NCBI RefSeq assembly: GCF_009914755.1
Contig: NC_060925.1
Strand: one strand, 5' to 3'
Origin: the human T2T-CHM13v2.0 reference genome, Homo sapiens
Length of the DNA stretch: 64,000 nucleotides
Part shown: positions 14,151 to 26,631 of the stretch, piece by piece
Layout of the letters: each line of letters opens with the position of its first letter
Position numbering within the stretch: the first letter of the stretch is position 1
Position numbers and translations under genes: made by a program
The notes under the pieces: model-generated
What the model was told of the DNA's origin: nothing
Seen by the model: the letters and a program-made list of their open reading frames with translations, nothing else
Databases searched by the model: none

Positions 14151-15065
14151 TATACAATATTATAAATATATAATTGCATGCTTATTAATATTAAATTTAT
14201 ATATATATTTCCATAATATAAACTTACATCAAAGAAGTTAGATATTTTAAATTTCAACATGATTTTTTCCTAATCATTTTGTGCTATTATTAGCACAAAT
14301 TGAAGACTTAAAAAATGTTGAGAGTTTGCAAATTATATTACTGCTGTGAATATTATTAGCTCTGGGTATCACTGAAAGGAAACTACTTAATTAACTTGTG
14401 GATAAATTGATAGGTCCATAGAGTATTCTCCCCTCTAACTATTTTGGGATCTGTCCTTGTCCTTCATTGTTCTTGAAACTCACTCTCAATTTTTAAAATA
14501 TAATCTTTGTCTCTTTATAAAACCGTACTTTATAAGATTGCTTGCTGAAGACTTGCCATTAACATAAATAAAATGTGTTTGTAGAAAAATAACAAATGAT
14601 TGCAAAAGCCCTGGCATCCACAAATGCTTAGATTCATTATGGTATCTTTGGTATTTTGGATGGGGCTTAAGCTACATTTCATGAAGCACATACATTTGAG
14701 GAAATATAACTCTGAAATCTCAAAACAAGCAGCTTAACACATTTTAATCCTCCTTTTAGATGTGTGAGTTAAAAAATATTCAATTATTTGAATCATCTGC
14801 TTACTACTTTTTAAAATTTCTTATCAGTCCAGTTCTGGAATGAGCCTTTTGTTTTGTTAATATTCACAGACGTTTCTGTTGAGTGTAAGTTTTATGCCTA
14901 TTGGAAGTTTAAACAGGTAATTTGTCAGTCATACTTTTCTACCTCCTAGAATGCTGGTCTGTATGCCAATGTGTGCCTTATGCTTTCCTTTCCTGGCTAG
15001 TGACACTTCACTCAAGCATACTGTCCCAAATAGTTGTACACACTAGCGATTTCTTCACAATTCCC

Positions 15066-15603
15066 CTGTTACTACTTTAAAACAAAAATTCCTTGACATT
15101 TTTCTCATAGGCAGGGAGCCTGAATATTCTCCCTGTAAGTGTGGGTAGGACTGTGAGTATTTCACCTGATAGAGTGCGGCAGAAAAGATTATCTGTGTGT
15201 TCTGAGGTTAGGATGTAAAAGACCATGACATTTCCAACATTGTTTGTGAAGATATTGCTATGGGAGCATTAACTCTTAGAAAAGAACATTTCATGTAAAT
15301 GCTCCTTATTCATGTAATAAGTCTGAGTAAAAATAAAGTTTATGTATTTTTTGTTTCATAAAATTTTAATAATACCCAATGAAAACAGTCTTCTAGCCCT
15401 CCTTGCCAAGAAACTGTCTCAGACACTCTGCAATTGAATAACACCACCGACCTCCACCAATGCCACATGGGTTAGAAGCATTTTCCAAGCCCAGCATAAT
15501 TTGAATTCCAGATATATAAATTTATGCAATATAATAAGATCATTGTTGTTTTAATCCCCTAAATTTTGGGGTAGTTTGTTGTGCAGCATTAGATAACAGG
15601 AAC
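15066..15603 (+). mobile_element. MLT1 (G/H-like) MaLR LTR
   Basis: The 3' end ttgttgttttaatcccctaaattttggggtagtttgttgtgcagcattagataacaggaac is characteristic; the 5' boundary is approximate. Confidence 0.7.
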
Positions 15604-16149
15604 CACTCCATCAAAATTTTTTTGATTTATGAGCCATTTAGTTTGCTCACAGCTCATTAGTTAGAAGAATGTTATTTGTATATTCATATCATAAAACACA
15701 TAATCAGATGTTATTGATTGGTGATGACATTTTAATGCGTTCCTTCCTCGAAGACCATTCATATACTAACATAGGTCAATATAGCCTAATTACATACTTC
15801 TAATGAACATATTATAGCCATGAGAATTTGAGAAGCAAAGAAAATTTCTGGAGCAGAAAATTTTGTCTAGTGAATCATTAGAAAAGCCAATATAGGAATT
15901 TGCTCACTTGTAAACATCTAAGATTCAATTTTTAACTAAATGTGAAGGTATACTCCACTTAGTACAAGAAGACATTTTCTATTTTAACCATAGTTTCTTT
16001 TCAAAATCAAATAATAAATTGTGAATAAATAATTAACTTCTAGCCTAGCCAGGGCTGATGAAGTTCTTTCTAGTATGATCTCAGAGTCTTATAGCACTGT
16101 TTGCTTGGAAATCATATGGCAAAAATTAATGGAAATGTTGTGTTGACAT

Positions 16150-16310
16150 GTTTGTGAAGTGAAACCGCACCTGCACTGGGGAAATTATGAGGAAGCATCT
16201 AGGCTTCAGACCTGCATGACTCAAACAGTGCAAAGGAGGGGCGGGAAATAAAGGTTGCAGCTTCCACCTCCATGCGCCACAGCTTTGCAGATCTCATATG
16301 TGTCAGAGGC
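16150..16310. promoter_or_regulatory. Candidate enhancer motif cluster (RUNX, E-box, ETS, AP-1, GC-box/E2F)
   Basis: AACCGCA 16163-69, CACCTG 16168-73, AGGAAG 16190-95, TGACTCA 16217-23, GGGGCGGGAAA 16238-48, in locally GC-richer non-repeat DNA. Motif evidence only. Confidence 0.35.
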
Positions 16311-18404
16311 AAAACAAAAAACAAAAAACACAACTGTGTACTTGGGTAGTTGCTAAGACTCCCAATGAAATGATGATGCACTTTTTGTATCACCTGCCTT
16401 ACATTCTTTTATAAAATTAAGTAAACGAAATACTGGATTGAAAACTGTTTGTGTCTTATAAGAGATTGCCTAGGGATCTTGGCTTCAAAATCCATATTCT
16501 AAGCAATCCATCCTGCCTCTTAAAATGCTAATGATATCCTAATAGAAATGGTAAAAAGATACTAGAATTTAAATTCGTAAAGATACCTCCCAAATCTCCT
16601 TAGGAAGTGCTCATTGCCAGGAACTCAGTAGGAGATAGAAAAGACTTCAAGTGTAATGGAGTATTGGATAATGATTCAAAGAAGAGGGCATTTGAAGCAA
16701 TACATTGTGATAGTATGTTCCTCTATCAAGTAAAAATAGTAAACAATATTGAAGTAACATATCTTAAGTACTTTATGGGCAAGGACACATATAAAAGCCT
16801 AATAAATGTTTGATGGTCCTGATGGGAAGAAGGTCTTTTTATAGCTATTGTGTGATTGATACGATGCTATGGACCAGGAGATCAGAGCAATCTGTTAAAG
16901 AAAATACAAACCTTTAAATCGATGGAGTCGTAACCACAAGAAGAAAAGAGATTAGCTCAGGTATTTGCAGACATATCATATATCTCTAATTAAATTAATG
17001 AGGGATAAGTAATTGCAAAAAGCCACATTTATTAAAATAGATATGGAATTATGATAAAAATTGAATGCCAAAATGTATAACATGCTTGTCTTACATAACC
17101 ACTTCATGTTTCTCAAACATTAAATACTAATTCTTTTTCTACTGATTGACCTATGTCACATTATATATGCATTATAAGTTTTATGTGAATGATAAATGAT
17201 TGTATCCCTAATGTTATGGTTAGGTCAAATATTACTATTTTCCAACTATTATTTAATACAAAATTTAAATAAAATCTATGTCATGGATATAGTACATATC
17301 AACTTTGGGAGAATTGCACATATAGTTTATGTCAATCAAAGCTGGAAATATGATGTACTTTATGCAGCATCAAAGCAAATAAACATACCTAAGGTTGGAA
17401 GAGAACAACCAAGTAAATAATATTTGTGTTTTTAAAAATAATACTATCCTTTCACTGCGGATTATGGATATGAGGGTTTTAGTAGTAGATAAAGAACAGC
17501 TACTTCAGAGGCTATTGAAGACGCCCAGCCTAGAGATGATTGCAGTAGTAGAGATGGAGAGAAAAGCCATGAAGCAAGAAACATTGTTGGCAGGATCAAA
17601 AGAACTCAGTGACGGATAGGACACAAAGGTGGGAAAACACAGTGGGCAAAAATGACTCCTGAATTCTGAGATGAGCAACTAGTCCCTTTAGTGTTGATGC
17701 TGCCCAACTGTGAATATGGGCAATGTGGTCTCCCAGGTACTGTGATGGCTTTGAAGATCACTAAAAGATGGAAGAGAAACTTGTAATCTAGTAATGATTG
17801 TAAATACAGGAATTTTCTTATCTGGACAGCAGTGGAAGGGAAAGATCATTAGGTTATGTGTGTACAGTTTCACCAACAATTTGACAGCTAGTCATTCATG
17901 TACCATGACTATAGTAAAGTAAAAAGCTTCCTAGCTATTCTCTTTATTACTACTATTTCAAGTATTTTTATTTTTTGCAAATGTACCACATGTCTATAGG
18001 ATTATCATGCTTTTTTGTAGTTTATAAAAATAAGAAGTCATAAAATTATTTCCTTTTTGGATTTTTTTTTTTACTTAGTGGTAAAGAATGATTTAGATCT
18101 AAAGCCCTATTTGTAAAACTTAGTTGTCATTTTGATTTTATATATACACACACACATATATATATGATCACATTTTTCAAAATTATTAACATTTGGGTTG
18201 TTTAAATAAGAGGTGTTGAGCTTCTTTTAATATAGGCATATTCAAAGTAAACTTTAATAATTATTATTTTAATCTGTAAAAATGAAAGTATACAGTAATA
18301 TTTTTAAATGAATTTTTGCCTGTGTAATGGAGTCACTTATTCTTTTATTGACTTTAGGAATATAATAATATCTTATTTTTTAAACATACAAAATCTTCTC
18401 TGTT

Positions 18405-19087
18405 TTAATTCATACATCCACTGAGTGTGTACTTTGTTCAAGGCATTTTGGCTGCAATGGGGATAAAAAAAAAATTAAAATGGAGTAGACCCTTGGCAGA
18501 GACATACAGTTTATAGCCATTGTATTAGAGAGCATTAGAGCTCTGAAAGAGACATATAGTGTTCCTGTCATAGAAACAGCATGTGGCAAGACCAGGAGGT
18601 TAGACTGTGCATGGCTGATTTCAGATAATGAAATGGAGCACCACACCTCTGGGAATTTGAGAAAAAGTAGTGAAATAGAAATGTGAAGTGGAAGAGTTAA
18701 ATCATGGCCAGATGACAAAGATTCTTATCAGCCATAGGTACATTTGAACAATTTCCCTTGGGCAAATGGGCATCTATCCACAGATGTTAAGTAAGGAAGG
18801 AACACAAGATTTCCATGTTTTAGAAAGATTTATCTGGCTACAATATGTAGAGTGAGTTGGTAAGAAACAGCAAAAAAACCCACAAAACCCAAATGGGGAT
18901 CCAATAGGCAGTTGCAAGAATTAAGGCAGGAGATGGGGGTCGCCTATGTTACAGAGGTGTGTATGGTGATTGAGTGAATCAGAGCACTTAGGAGAGATAT
19001 TAGGCATCTGAACTAACGCAGCTTGGTAGATGGGCTGTGGAGAGGGAAGCAGCAGGCAAATACCAAAATGACACACAGGTTTCTAAT
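18405..19087 (-). mobile_element. L2 LINE fragment
   Basis: Purine-rich L2-antisense sequence, e.g. tttagaaagatttatctggctacaatatgtagagtg. Confidence 0.6.
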
Positions 19088-19354
19088 TAACCAAAATCTC
19101 TACTTATGTCGTATTGCCATGTCCATAGTCTTTTCTTTTAAGTTTACTGGGTTATTTAAACACTGCTTTAGTCGCATAGATTGATATGCTCTATTCTTTC
19201 TTTCTTCTGCAAATCACAACTAAGCCGTTACCACCATGGGCACTAGGAATATAGCAGTGACCAAAAAAAGCTTTCTATGTGCCAGTAATGCTGATGAAGA
19301 TGAATGCAAGTTCTCATCTTCTAATGTGCTAATTCAATCCCTGGTGGGCATTCT

Positions 19355-19520
19355 GTATAGTAGTAAAAAGCACAGGCTGTGAAGAGAGATGAACTTGGGT
19401 TTTGAACTCTAATTCTACCACTTACTGGCTCTGATGTTAATTAAGTTACTTAAACTTTACCATCTGTTTCATCATGAATTAAAGGAGAATAATGATCCTA
19501 TTTCAGGGTTTTAGTTAAAT
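19355..19520 (+). mobile_element. MIR
   Basis: gtatagtagtaaaaagcacaggct...ttgaactctaattctaccacttactggct...aagttacttaaac. Confidence 0.7.
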
Positions 19521-20314
19521 TTTCAGTTAAATTTGTTGCCATAAAAGCGTTTTTACTCCTTTCCATCTTTCGATCTATAACAATGACTAGAGCAATGAAG
19601 AGATTGAGAGAGAGAGGAGAGAGAGAGATGCAATTTCTAGTGAAATGGGACAATTACTTTAAAGCTTCATCACATATTTTGAAAAAAGTAGTTGCCAAAT
19701 ATGATTTTCATACTAAATGAGAGACAATGACAAGAATTGACACAGACCTCTTCTGAATTTTGGAAGGGTTATATGTCATACATCAGAACTGAGATTTTCA
19801 GCCCTCATAGTCATATCTGCTGATCTTAGACACAGGATAAGTGAGTAATATCAAAGAAGAGAGCAAGTTCAACTGCCAGAGAGGTTGGGGTGGGGGGTGT
19901 GTGGAGCTGAAGAAAGACTGTCATAGGACCCCTTCCTTGTTATCTGGAACACAGCTTCTCAGCTGAGGGAATTAACCTTGGCCTAAGGCAGGGTGCAGTA
20001 GGAAGGAGGAGCTGTGGGCAGCCTTGGCACTGATTAAGGGAAAAAGCTAAGCAGAGACAGACACCGTAACAGATGTTACAGAAAGTGTGTGTCCAAAGAG
20101 ATTCTACCCAAAGCAGAGAATGGGGAAAATAGAGGCAATCTGTGCCTCAGGGTAGAGGACAGGGAAGATTGAATGAGAGAGTATCTAGAGTTAAAAACAA
20201 ACCAAAAACTGTAGTTGAAGTTTTGGCTGAAAGAACTCACATTCACAGTCCTCGCTATAGGACTTAACACCTCTAAGACATCATTGGCATCAAGGAATTA
20301 GAGTTATTTTGCTT

Positions 20315-20765
20315 TTTGTTTTAATTAGCATTTAACACATATACATAAAGTTGCATAAAACATACATATGCAGTTGAACAAAAGCAAACATCCATGTAAG
20401 TATCCAGAGACCCCTTTTAGGGTACACATAGAAAATCGTAAGCACCCAGAATCTCCTACTGTGATCCTTGTTGGTCGTTCATCCTTCTTTTCCGCCAGAA
20501 GTTATACATGTTAATTTTTATAAGAAACAATTTCTTCCTTTTTCATAGTTTTGCCTCTTCTCTATGTTCCCCCAATCAATGTGGTTTAATTTTGCTTATT
20601 TTTAACACATTACACAAATTGATAATACCATATGACTTCAGAATGTCAACATTATGTTGTGGAGATTCATTTATGCTATTGCATATACTGGTAATTTATT
20701 CATTTTTGTGCTTGTATGTAATAGCTTGTTATGAATATATATCACAATTTAATCTTTATACTCTC
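20315..20765 (-). mobile_element. L1ME 3' fragment
   Basis: caacattatgttgtggagattcat...gaatatatatcacaattt resembles an antisense old-L1 3' UTR. Confidence 0.55.
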
Positions 20766-21126
20766 AATGCCTGGGTTCTGCTTATATTTCTACTAATTTT
20801 TCTTTTAACAGGAAGAAACATTTAAAATTTGTAAGATACTTTTTTCCTAATGGCATTGCATGATTATCTTCAGATAAAAGACAGAATATAAAACATTTTT
20901 TAAAAATACACATTTCTCTATTTAGAAAAGTTTTCCTATTTTTCTTATGCAGCTAGAATAAAATCCATAGGAACTTCCAGAAAGAGATTCTCTCCTTATC
21001 ATTAGAAATAGTAAAATTGTTTTTATATATACAATGTGTATATTAGAGTTAAATAATTAGATACAATACATTGTATATGTATATACCTCCATATACATAT
21101 ACGATGTGTATAATATAAACAGAAGT

Positions 21127-21419
21127 GGCCAGGTGCGGTGGCTCACGCCTGTAATCCCAGCACTTTGGGAGGCCGAGTTGGGCAGATCACGAGGTCAGGA
21201 GATGGAGACTATCCTGGCTAACATGGTGAAACCCCATCTCTACTAAAAAAAATACAAAAACATTAGCCTGGCGTGGTGGCGAGCGCCTGTAGCCGCAGCT
21301 GCTCGGGAGGCTGAGGCAGGAGAATGGCGTGAACCTGGGAGGCGGAGTGAGCCAAGATCGCGCCACTGCACTCCAGCCTGGGTAACAGAACAAGACTCTG
21401 TCTCAAAAAAAAAAAAAAA
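21127..21419 (+). mobile_element. AluY
   Basis: Y diagnostics ctggctaaca and agaatggcgtgaacc; poly-A tail; TSD TAAACAGAAG at 21116-25 and 21426-35; small deletion at ggcggag|tgagcc. Confidence 0.93.
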
Positions 21420-22759
21420 TAGAGTTAAACAGAAGCATAATGAAAATCTCATATAGGTTTCAGCTATTAGCGAGTCAGGATGGTGTAAACGATAATGTAG
21501 TTTAGTTCACTTTCTTCAGATTGTAAGGTTGTAGGTCACTAAAGCTAACATGAGAAAATAGAACTTAATTGCTAAGAGTATAATAAGGGTATGTTATACT
21601 TTTAACTTAAGAATAAAGTTAGACAAATAGTTAAATAAAACTTGTTCTTTGGAAAGTGGAATAGAGAAGTAAGGCAAATGTTTCACTCTGTGTCTTGGAG
21701 ACTAGTTTCTCTCATGCTTTTCCCTCTTTCTGCATTTCTCTGTAAATGTGTTTCTTTGTTTATCTTGCACAACTTCCCCTGGAACCTCATCTTAAATATG
21801 ACCCAGTGTTCCTGAATAACCACACTTATATTCATCATCTGGAAGAGGAGGTGTCTCTTGGTTCAGATCATTGAGAATGAAAAAGTTGTTAGCATAGATC
21901 ATCTTTCAGGGTTTTTATTTGCGAGAAATAAGATCTCATATAACAAGTTGCAGCAGAGTAGCATTTAGTGAAAGAGATTAGGTAGCTCTGAAATTCTTCT
22001 TGTTAAAGAACCAAGCTTGGCTGTTACACAGCTAGAAACAGAGCATCCAGCTTAAAAACCTGGCTTTTGCTCAGTTCCTCTGACACCAGGGAGTAGATGC
22101 TATAAACTCCGTTAGCTTATTGAGGGGAACTGCATTTCTGCATTATTCCTGCTTTCCTCAGGATCCAATCTTTTTGCTTGTAGAAGTTACCTCAGTTTAT
22201 GCACTGTTACCTGAGTGTATCTGCTTGATAAAATTTAGATTATGTGTTAAATTCTGGCTGTAGAGAGTCAGAAACATAGCTTTTGATTTGCTTGCAATTA
22301 ATTAATCTGGTGTTTTAAAAATACTCAACTGGACCAATTTGTGTTTAATTCAGCAGATTTTGTTTAACTATTTGTGATTTCTAAAACTAGAGTGCTCTCA
22401 ACACAATATTAATAAATCATGTTCTTCATCCTCCAAAAACCGACAATATGGTCAGAGATGATGTTGGATGATTGCCTTTTTTTATGAACATTTTAAAATA
22501 CCATTCACAATCTGAAGGATTCTATTATTCTAGTGTCTATGTACCATATGGTAATTAATTCTGTCCCCAGTGTTGACCTGGTAAAAAGGAAGGAATCTTC
22601 TATAGGTAATATTTGACTTGGGTTTTGGAGTAAAAGTAGGCATTCTACAGGAAATAAATGGCAGGAAGATATTTCCAGCTTGAACAAAGGCATGAACGTA
22701 TAACATTGTATGACATAGGTGGTCTTTAATCAAAGATTCAATTAAAGAAGCAGACCAGA

Positions 22760-22860
22760 TGTGTGTGTGTGTGTACACATGCATGTTTTTGTGCATATAT
22801 ATGTGCACGTATGTGTGGTGTGTGTGTATATTTGTGTATATGTATGTGTTATATGCATAC
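22760..22860. repeat. (TG)/(TA) degenerate microsatellite
   Basis: Read directly. Confidence 0.85.
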
Positions 22861-22864
22861 AGAC

Positions 22865-23331
22865 TGCTATGGGTTGAATTGTTTGTACACAAAACCATTG
22901 GTTGAGGTCCTGATACCTAGTACTTAGAATGTGAATGTACTTGGAAATAGGGTAGTCGCAAATGTAATTCATTAAGATGAGATCATACTGGAGTAGCGTG
23001 GGTCCCTAATACGATATGACTGGTGTTCTTATAAAAAGGGAACATTTGGATACGGAGGCATGCGCACAGGGAGAATACCATGTGAACATGAAAGCAGAGG
23101 TGACAGAGGAGTAAAGCCTCTACAAACCGAGGAATGCTGAAGATTGCCTGCAGGGCACCAGAAGCCAGGACAGAGACATGGAATAGCATCTCCCTTAGAG
23201 CCAACAGAAGAAACCAACCTTGATTTCAGATCCCTTGATTTCAAACTTACAGCCACCAGAACTATAAACGATACATTTCTGTTGTTTAAACCACACATTT
23301 TGTGGTACTTTGTTGATGCAGTCCAGCAAAC

Positions 23332-23332
<1 letters not shown>
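22865..23332 (+). mobile_element. MLT1C-like MaLR LTR nested in MLT2F
   Basis: tgctatgggttgaattg...ttggaaatagggt...ttctgttgtttaaaccacacattttgtggtactttgtt. Confidence 0.85.
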
Positions 23333-23368
<36 letters not shown>

Positions 23369-23400
23369 TACGCGTGCACACACACACACACACACACACA
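23331..23400. repeat. Compound (CT)n(CA)n microsatellite
   Basis: Read directly. Confidence 0.95.
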
Positions 23401-24736
23401 GATTAGTTATAGGGATCTGACTTCATGCATTTTTAAGAGCTGGTTAAACAGTCTCTGTAAGAGTGTTTGGCTACTGAACTATCTTCATGTCTCATGATGG
23501 ACATTTAGATTGAAAGTCCATAGGGCCAGTAGCCAGGAAGGTAAGATGGATGTAAAATGAGAGAGAGCAAGAAAAAGCTGGAATCCACAAGCACAAACTG
23601 GAACCCATGTTAGCTCCCACTGCTTCTGATCTTTCATGATGGAATTCAATGGGAGGCTTTGTCATGGAGTTAGCACACACCTGGTCCAAGTGTTGGAGGA
23701 GCTGAAGGAAGATCTAAAGGAAGGTGGAGCAGTTACAGGCCCAGTCACCGCATCATTACAACAAGATGTGTCAGCAGATACATGACAATGCGTGTGAACA
23801 ATGAAATGGCTGCGGCTTCTTCATTTTAACCCCCCAAAATCCCCACAAGAATTTTCTGGAGCACTACCCTAACCAAAAACATACAGAGAAAAGAATTTGG
23901 GGGAATGTAGTTTAGCTGAGCCAAGTTAATACATTGCAAAGCCACCACACGTGGAAGACAGCAAGGAGTGTTGGATATTTTTGGAAGGAGATGGGAAGTA
24001 CCCAAATTTGACCACATAGAATATTGTCTGTATTAATATTCTATAAAATAATTGTTGAAATCTCAGCTAATTTTCACTCGCTTTCTTATACTACTATATA
24101 TAAATATATATTTCTATTCATTTAGTAATGGCTGATCAAATCCATGCAACTTGCCTTGCTTTTTATGACTTGCCTCAAGAAAGAACCTTCTTTTCCCAAT
24201 GCTGTTTGGAATCAAATTGAGAAATAGAAGGTGTTCTTATTTCACTGCATTTTCTACTCCATCCTTCTGCTCCTCCTCCTACCCCCTAGCCATCACTTAC
24301 ATAACTATATTTAATGTTGCCCAACACCTTACTTTCTCTTTTACTTGGTGGAAGAATTGGATAATTAGTTGCATTAATTTTATAATAAATTATTTTTTAG
24401 CTAATGGTATATTAATTAGCTCACCCCAGTCTAAAATCTAAACTTTTTTTTTGTAAACAGTATTATTCATCATTTGGACTAGCACCTAGGTTTTACAGTC
24501 AAAGATCATTTGCAAATCCTAAATACTAACTAGCTTGCTCTTTAGGAACTGTTGCCTACCTCATTTCATTGGTCATTTTGACGGTTCAGTAATCTATCTC
24601 TTATGTTAAACATTCAGGTGACAAAAGTATGTTAGAATTATTTAACTTCTTCAAGTGTTTACTAATCTCCAAATTAATCTCGTTAATTTCATTTCAACAG
24701 CTTTATAAATAAAATTTTCTTTTATAAAAAAAAAGC

Positions 24737-24935
24737 TGGACTTTGGAGACTCAGAATGGGGAGGGTAGAAGGAGGATGTGGGATGAAAACTACATATTGG
24801 TACAATGTACACTACTTGGGCTACAGGTGCACTAAAATCTCAGAATTCACCATTATAAAATTCATCATGTCACCAAAAACCACTTGTACCCCAAAAGCTA
24901 TTGAAATAAAAAATATAACAAAAAATATAAAACAA
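24737..24935 (+). mobile_element. L1PB-type 3' end (5'-truncated) with A-rich tail
   Basis: ctttggagactcagaa...tacatattggtacaatgtacactacttggg...aaccacttgtaccccaaaagctattgaaataaa. Confidence 0.8.
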
Positions 24936-25062
24936 AAGCCTTTTTATGATATTTATTTTCTTGACTCTTGCATATGAATACACGCTGTATATTTTGTAAT
25001 CACTTTTGATTCAAGGAGCAGAGACAGCATTTCACAACCAGAAAACAATGCTTTGTGTCGCT

Positions 25063-25064
<2 letters not shown>

Positions 25065-25096
<32 letters not shown>
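25065..25096. repeat. (AC)16 microsatellite
   Basis: Read directly. Confidence 0.95.
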
Positions 25097-25099
<3 letters not shown>

Positions 25100-25729
25100 A
25101 ACATTTTAAATAGTTATTTCTGCAAGGGCAGTAGACTGTAGTAACAGTGAATCAACATTGTTTCTTCAATTACATTTTACTGTTAATTTTTTCTTATAAA
25201 ATATCTTGTTTAGTCACACTAAAAATGGATAAGTGATTAAATTACAATAGAATCCAGAATATATAATTTTCATATCTGAAACATAGAATTATAAGAAATT
25301 CCAGTTCTTCAGAGGAGTAGCAAATATTGAAGAACTGTGAACAAGATGACAGTATAAATTGTGACTGCTATGGAAAATGGGATATATACTGCCTAGAATA
25401 TTGGAAGTGACAGCAGCTGCCATTCTGTTAAGTCTTATAGAGTCATCACCAGATATATTTAACATCTTTTCTCCAATTTTGTCAGATTTCAAAGTTATTT
25501 CAATCTATTGAGTTAAATATAAAATTATTTTTATAATGTATTTCAATTTGTATTGTTTTATACCTTTTTCCCAATTTTTTAATGATATTTATTTCCAGAC
25601 AGAAGTATTAGCTTGCATTTGAGCAATTGACTGTAGAAACCAGGATTTTCCCATTTGTAACTAGAAAAAAAACTATTAAACCACAAAATAAGTCTTCCTT
25701 GATAACCGAAAGAGGCCAAGAAACACATC

Positions 25730-25758
25730 TTACTTAGTACTTACTAAGTACTAAGTAA
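25730..25758. repeat. Perfect 14-bp inverted repeat with a 1-nt spacer
   Basis: ttacttagtactta-c-taagtactaagtaa. Confidence 0.9.
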
Positions 25759-25879
25759 ATATACTTACTTACTTAGTAAATATATGAAAGTCATGTAAAC
25801 TTAAGTAACACTTTTTAAGTCATTAAGCTGTTTGTCTACTAAGATGATTATGCCATAGGAAGGGGAGACAGAGTGCTCA

Positions 25880-26040
25880 CCCTGTCACTTATTAGCCCTG
25901 TGATCATCTTAGTCTTTTTCAGCCTGTTTTTGTGACCTGTGAAATGAGTATAATGTTTGCCTTTCAGATTGGTTAGTGATAATATGTACAAAATATTTTG
26001 GAGAGCCTAGTTGTTAGTAGGCATTCCAAATGTTTGCTTC
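25880..26040 (+). mobile_element. MIR fragment
   Basis: ctgtcacttattagccctgtga...cagcctgtttttgtgacctgtgaaatgag...tagtaggcattccaaatg. Confidence 0.55.
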
Positions 26041-26172
26041 TGATAATATTAGATGATAGACTAATCTGTTACTAAAGTATGATATATGTAATTTTCTGAT
26101 ATAATTAGCATTATTTATATTTATTCTATAATTATGCAGAGTAAGAAATGTTTTGTAGAATGCAACATCACA

Positions 26173-26631
26173 TTTATTTTATTCTTAACTTATTTTAGGT
26201 TCAGGGATACATGTACAGGTTTGTTATATAGGTAAATTGTGTTTCATCAGAGTTTTGTGTACAGATTTCTTTCATAATCCAGGTAATAAGCATAGTAACT
26301 AATACAAAGTTTTTTGAAACCCTCCTCCTACCCTCCATCCTCCAGTAGGTCTCAGTGTCTGTTTCTTCCTTTCTTTGTGTCCAGGTGTACTCGATGTTTA
26401 GCTCCCACTTAAAAGTGAGAACATGGTAGCTGGTTTTCTGTTCCTGTATGAGCTCACTGAGGATAATGTCCTCTAGTTCCATCAGTGTTGCTGCAAAGGA
26501 CATGATCTTGTTCATTTTTATGGCCGTGTAATATTCTGTAGTGTATATATACTACATTTTCTTTATTCAGTTTACTGTTGATGGGCATTTAGGTTGATTC
26601 CATGTCTTTGCTGTTATAAAAATAGTGCTGC
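26173..26631 (-). mobile_element. L1PA (PA15/16-like) 3' end
   Basis: ttttaggttcagggatacatgtacaggtttgttatataggtaaa...tttagctcccactta...gttgctgcaaaggacatgat. ORF 26201..26515 resembles the L1 ORF2 C-terminus (MSFAAT.MELE.IILSE). Confidence 0.9.

Larger units (their letters stand above)
22722..23949 (-). mobile_element. MLT2F ERVL LTR, interrupted by MLT1C and microsatellites
   Basis: The right end ccaagttaatacattgcaaagccaccaca is the reverse complement of the MLT2F start; the left end aatcaaagattcaattaaagaagcagaccag resembles its 3' terminus. Confidence 0.75.

Noticed and set aside
22530-23497. His/Thr- and Cys/Val-rich ORFs
   Set aside because: Translations of (CA)/(TG) microsatellites and MLT1C.
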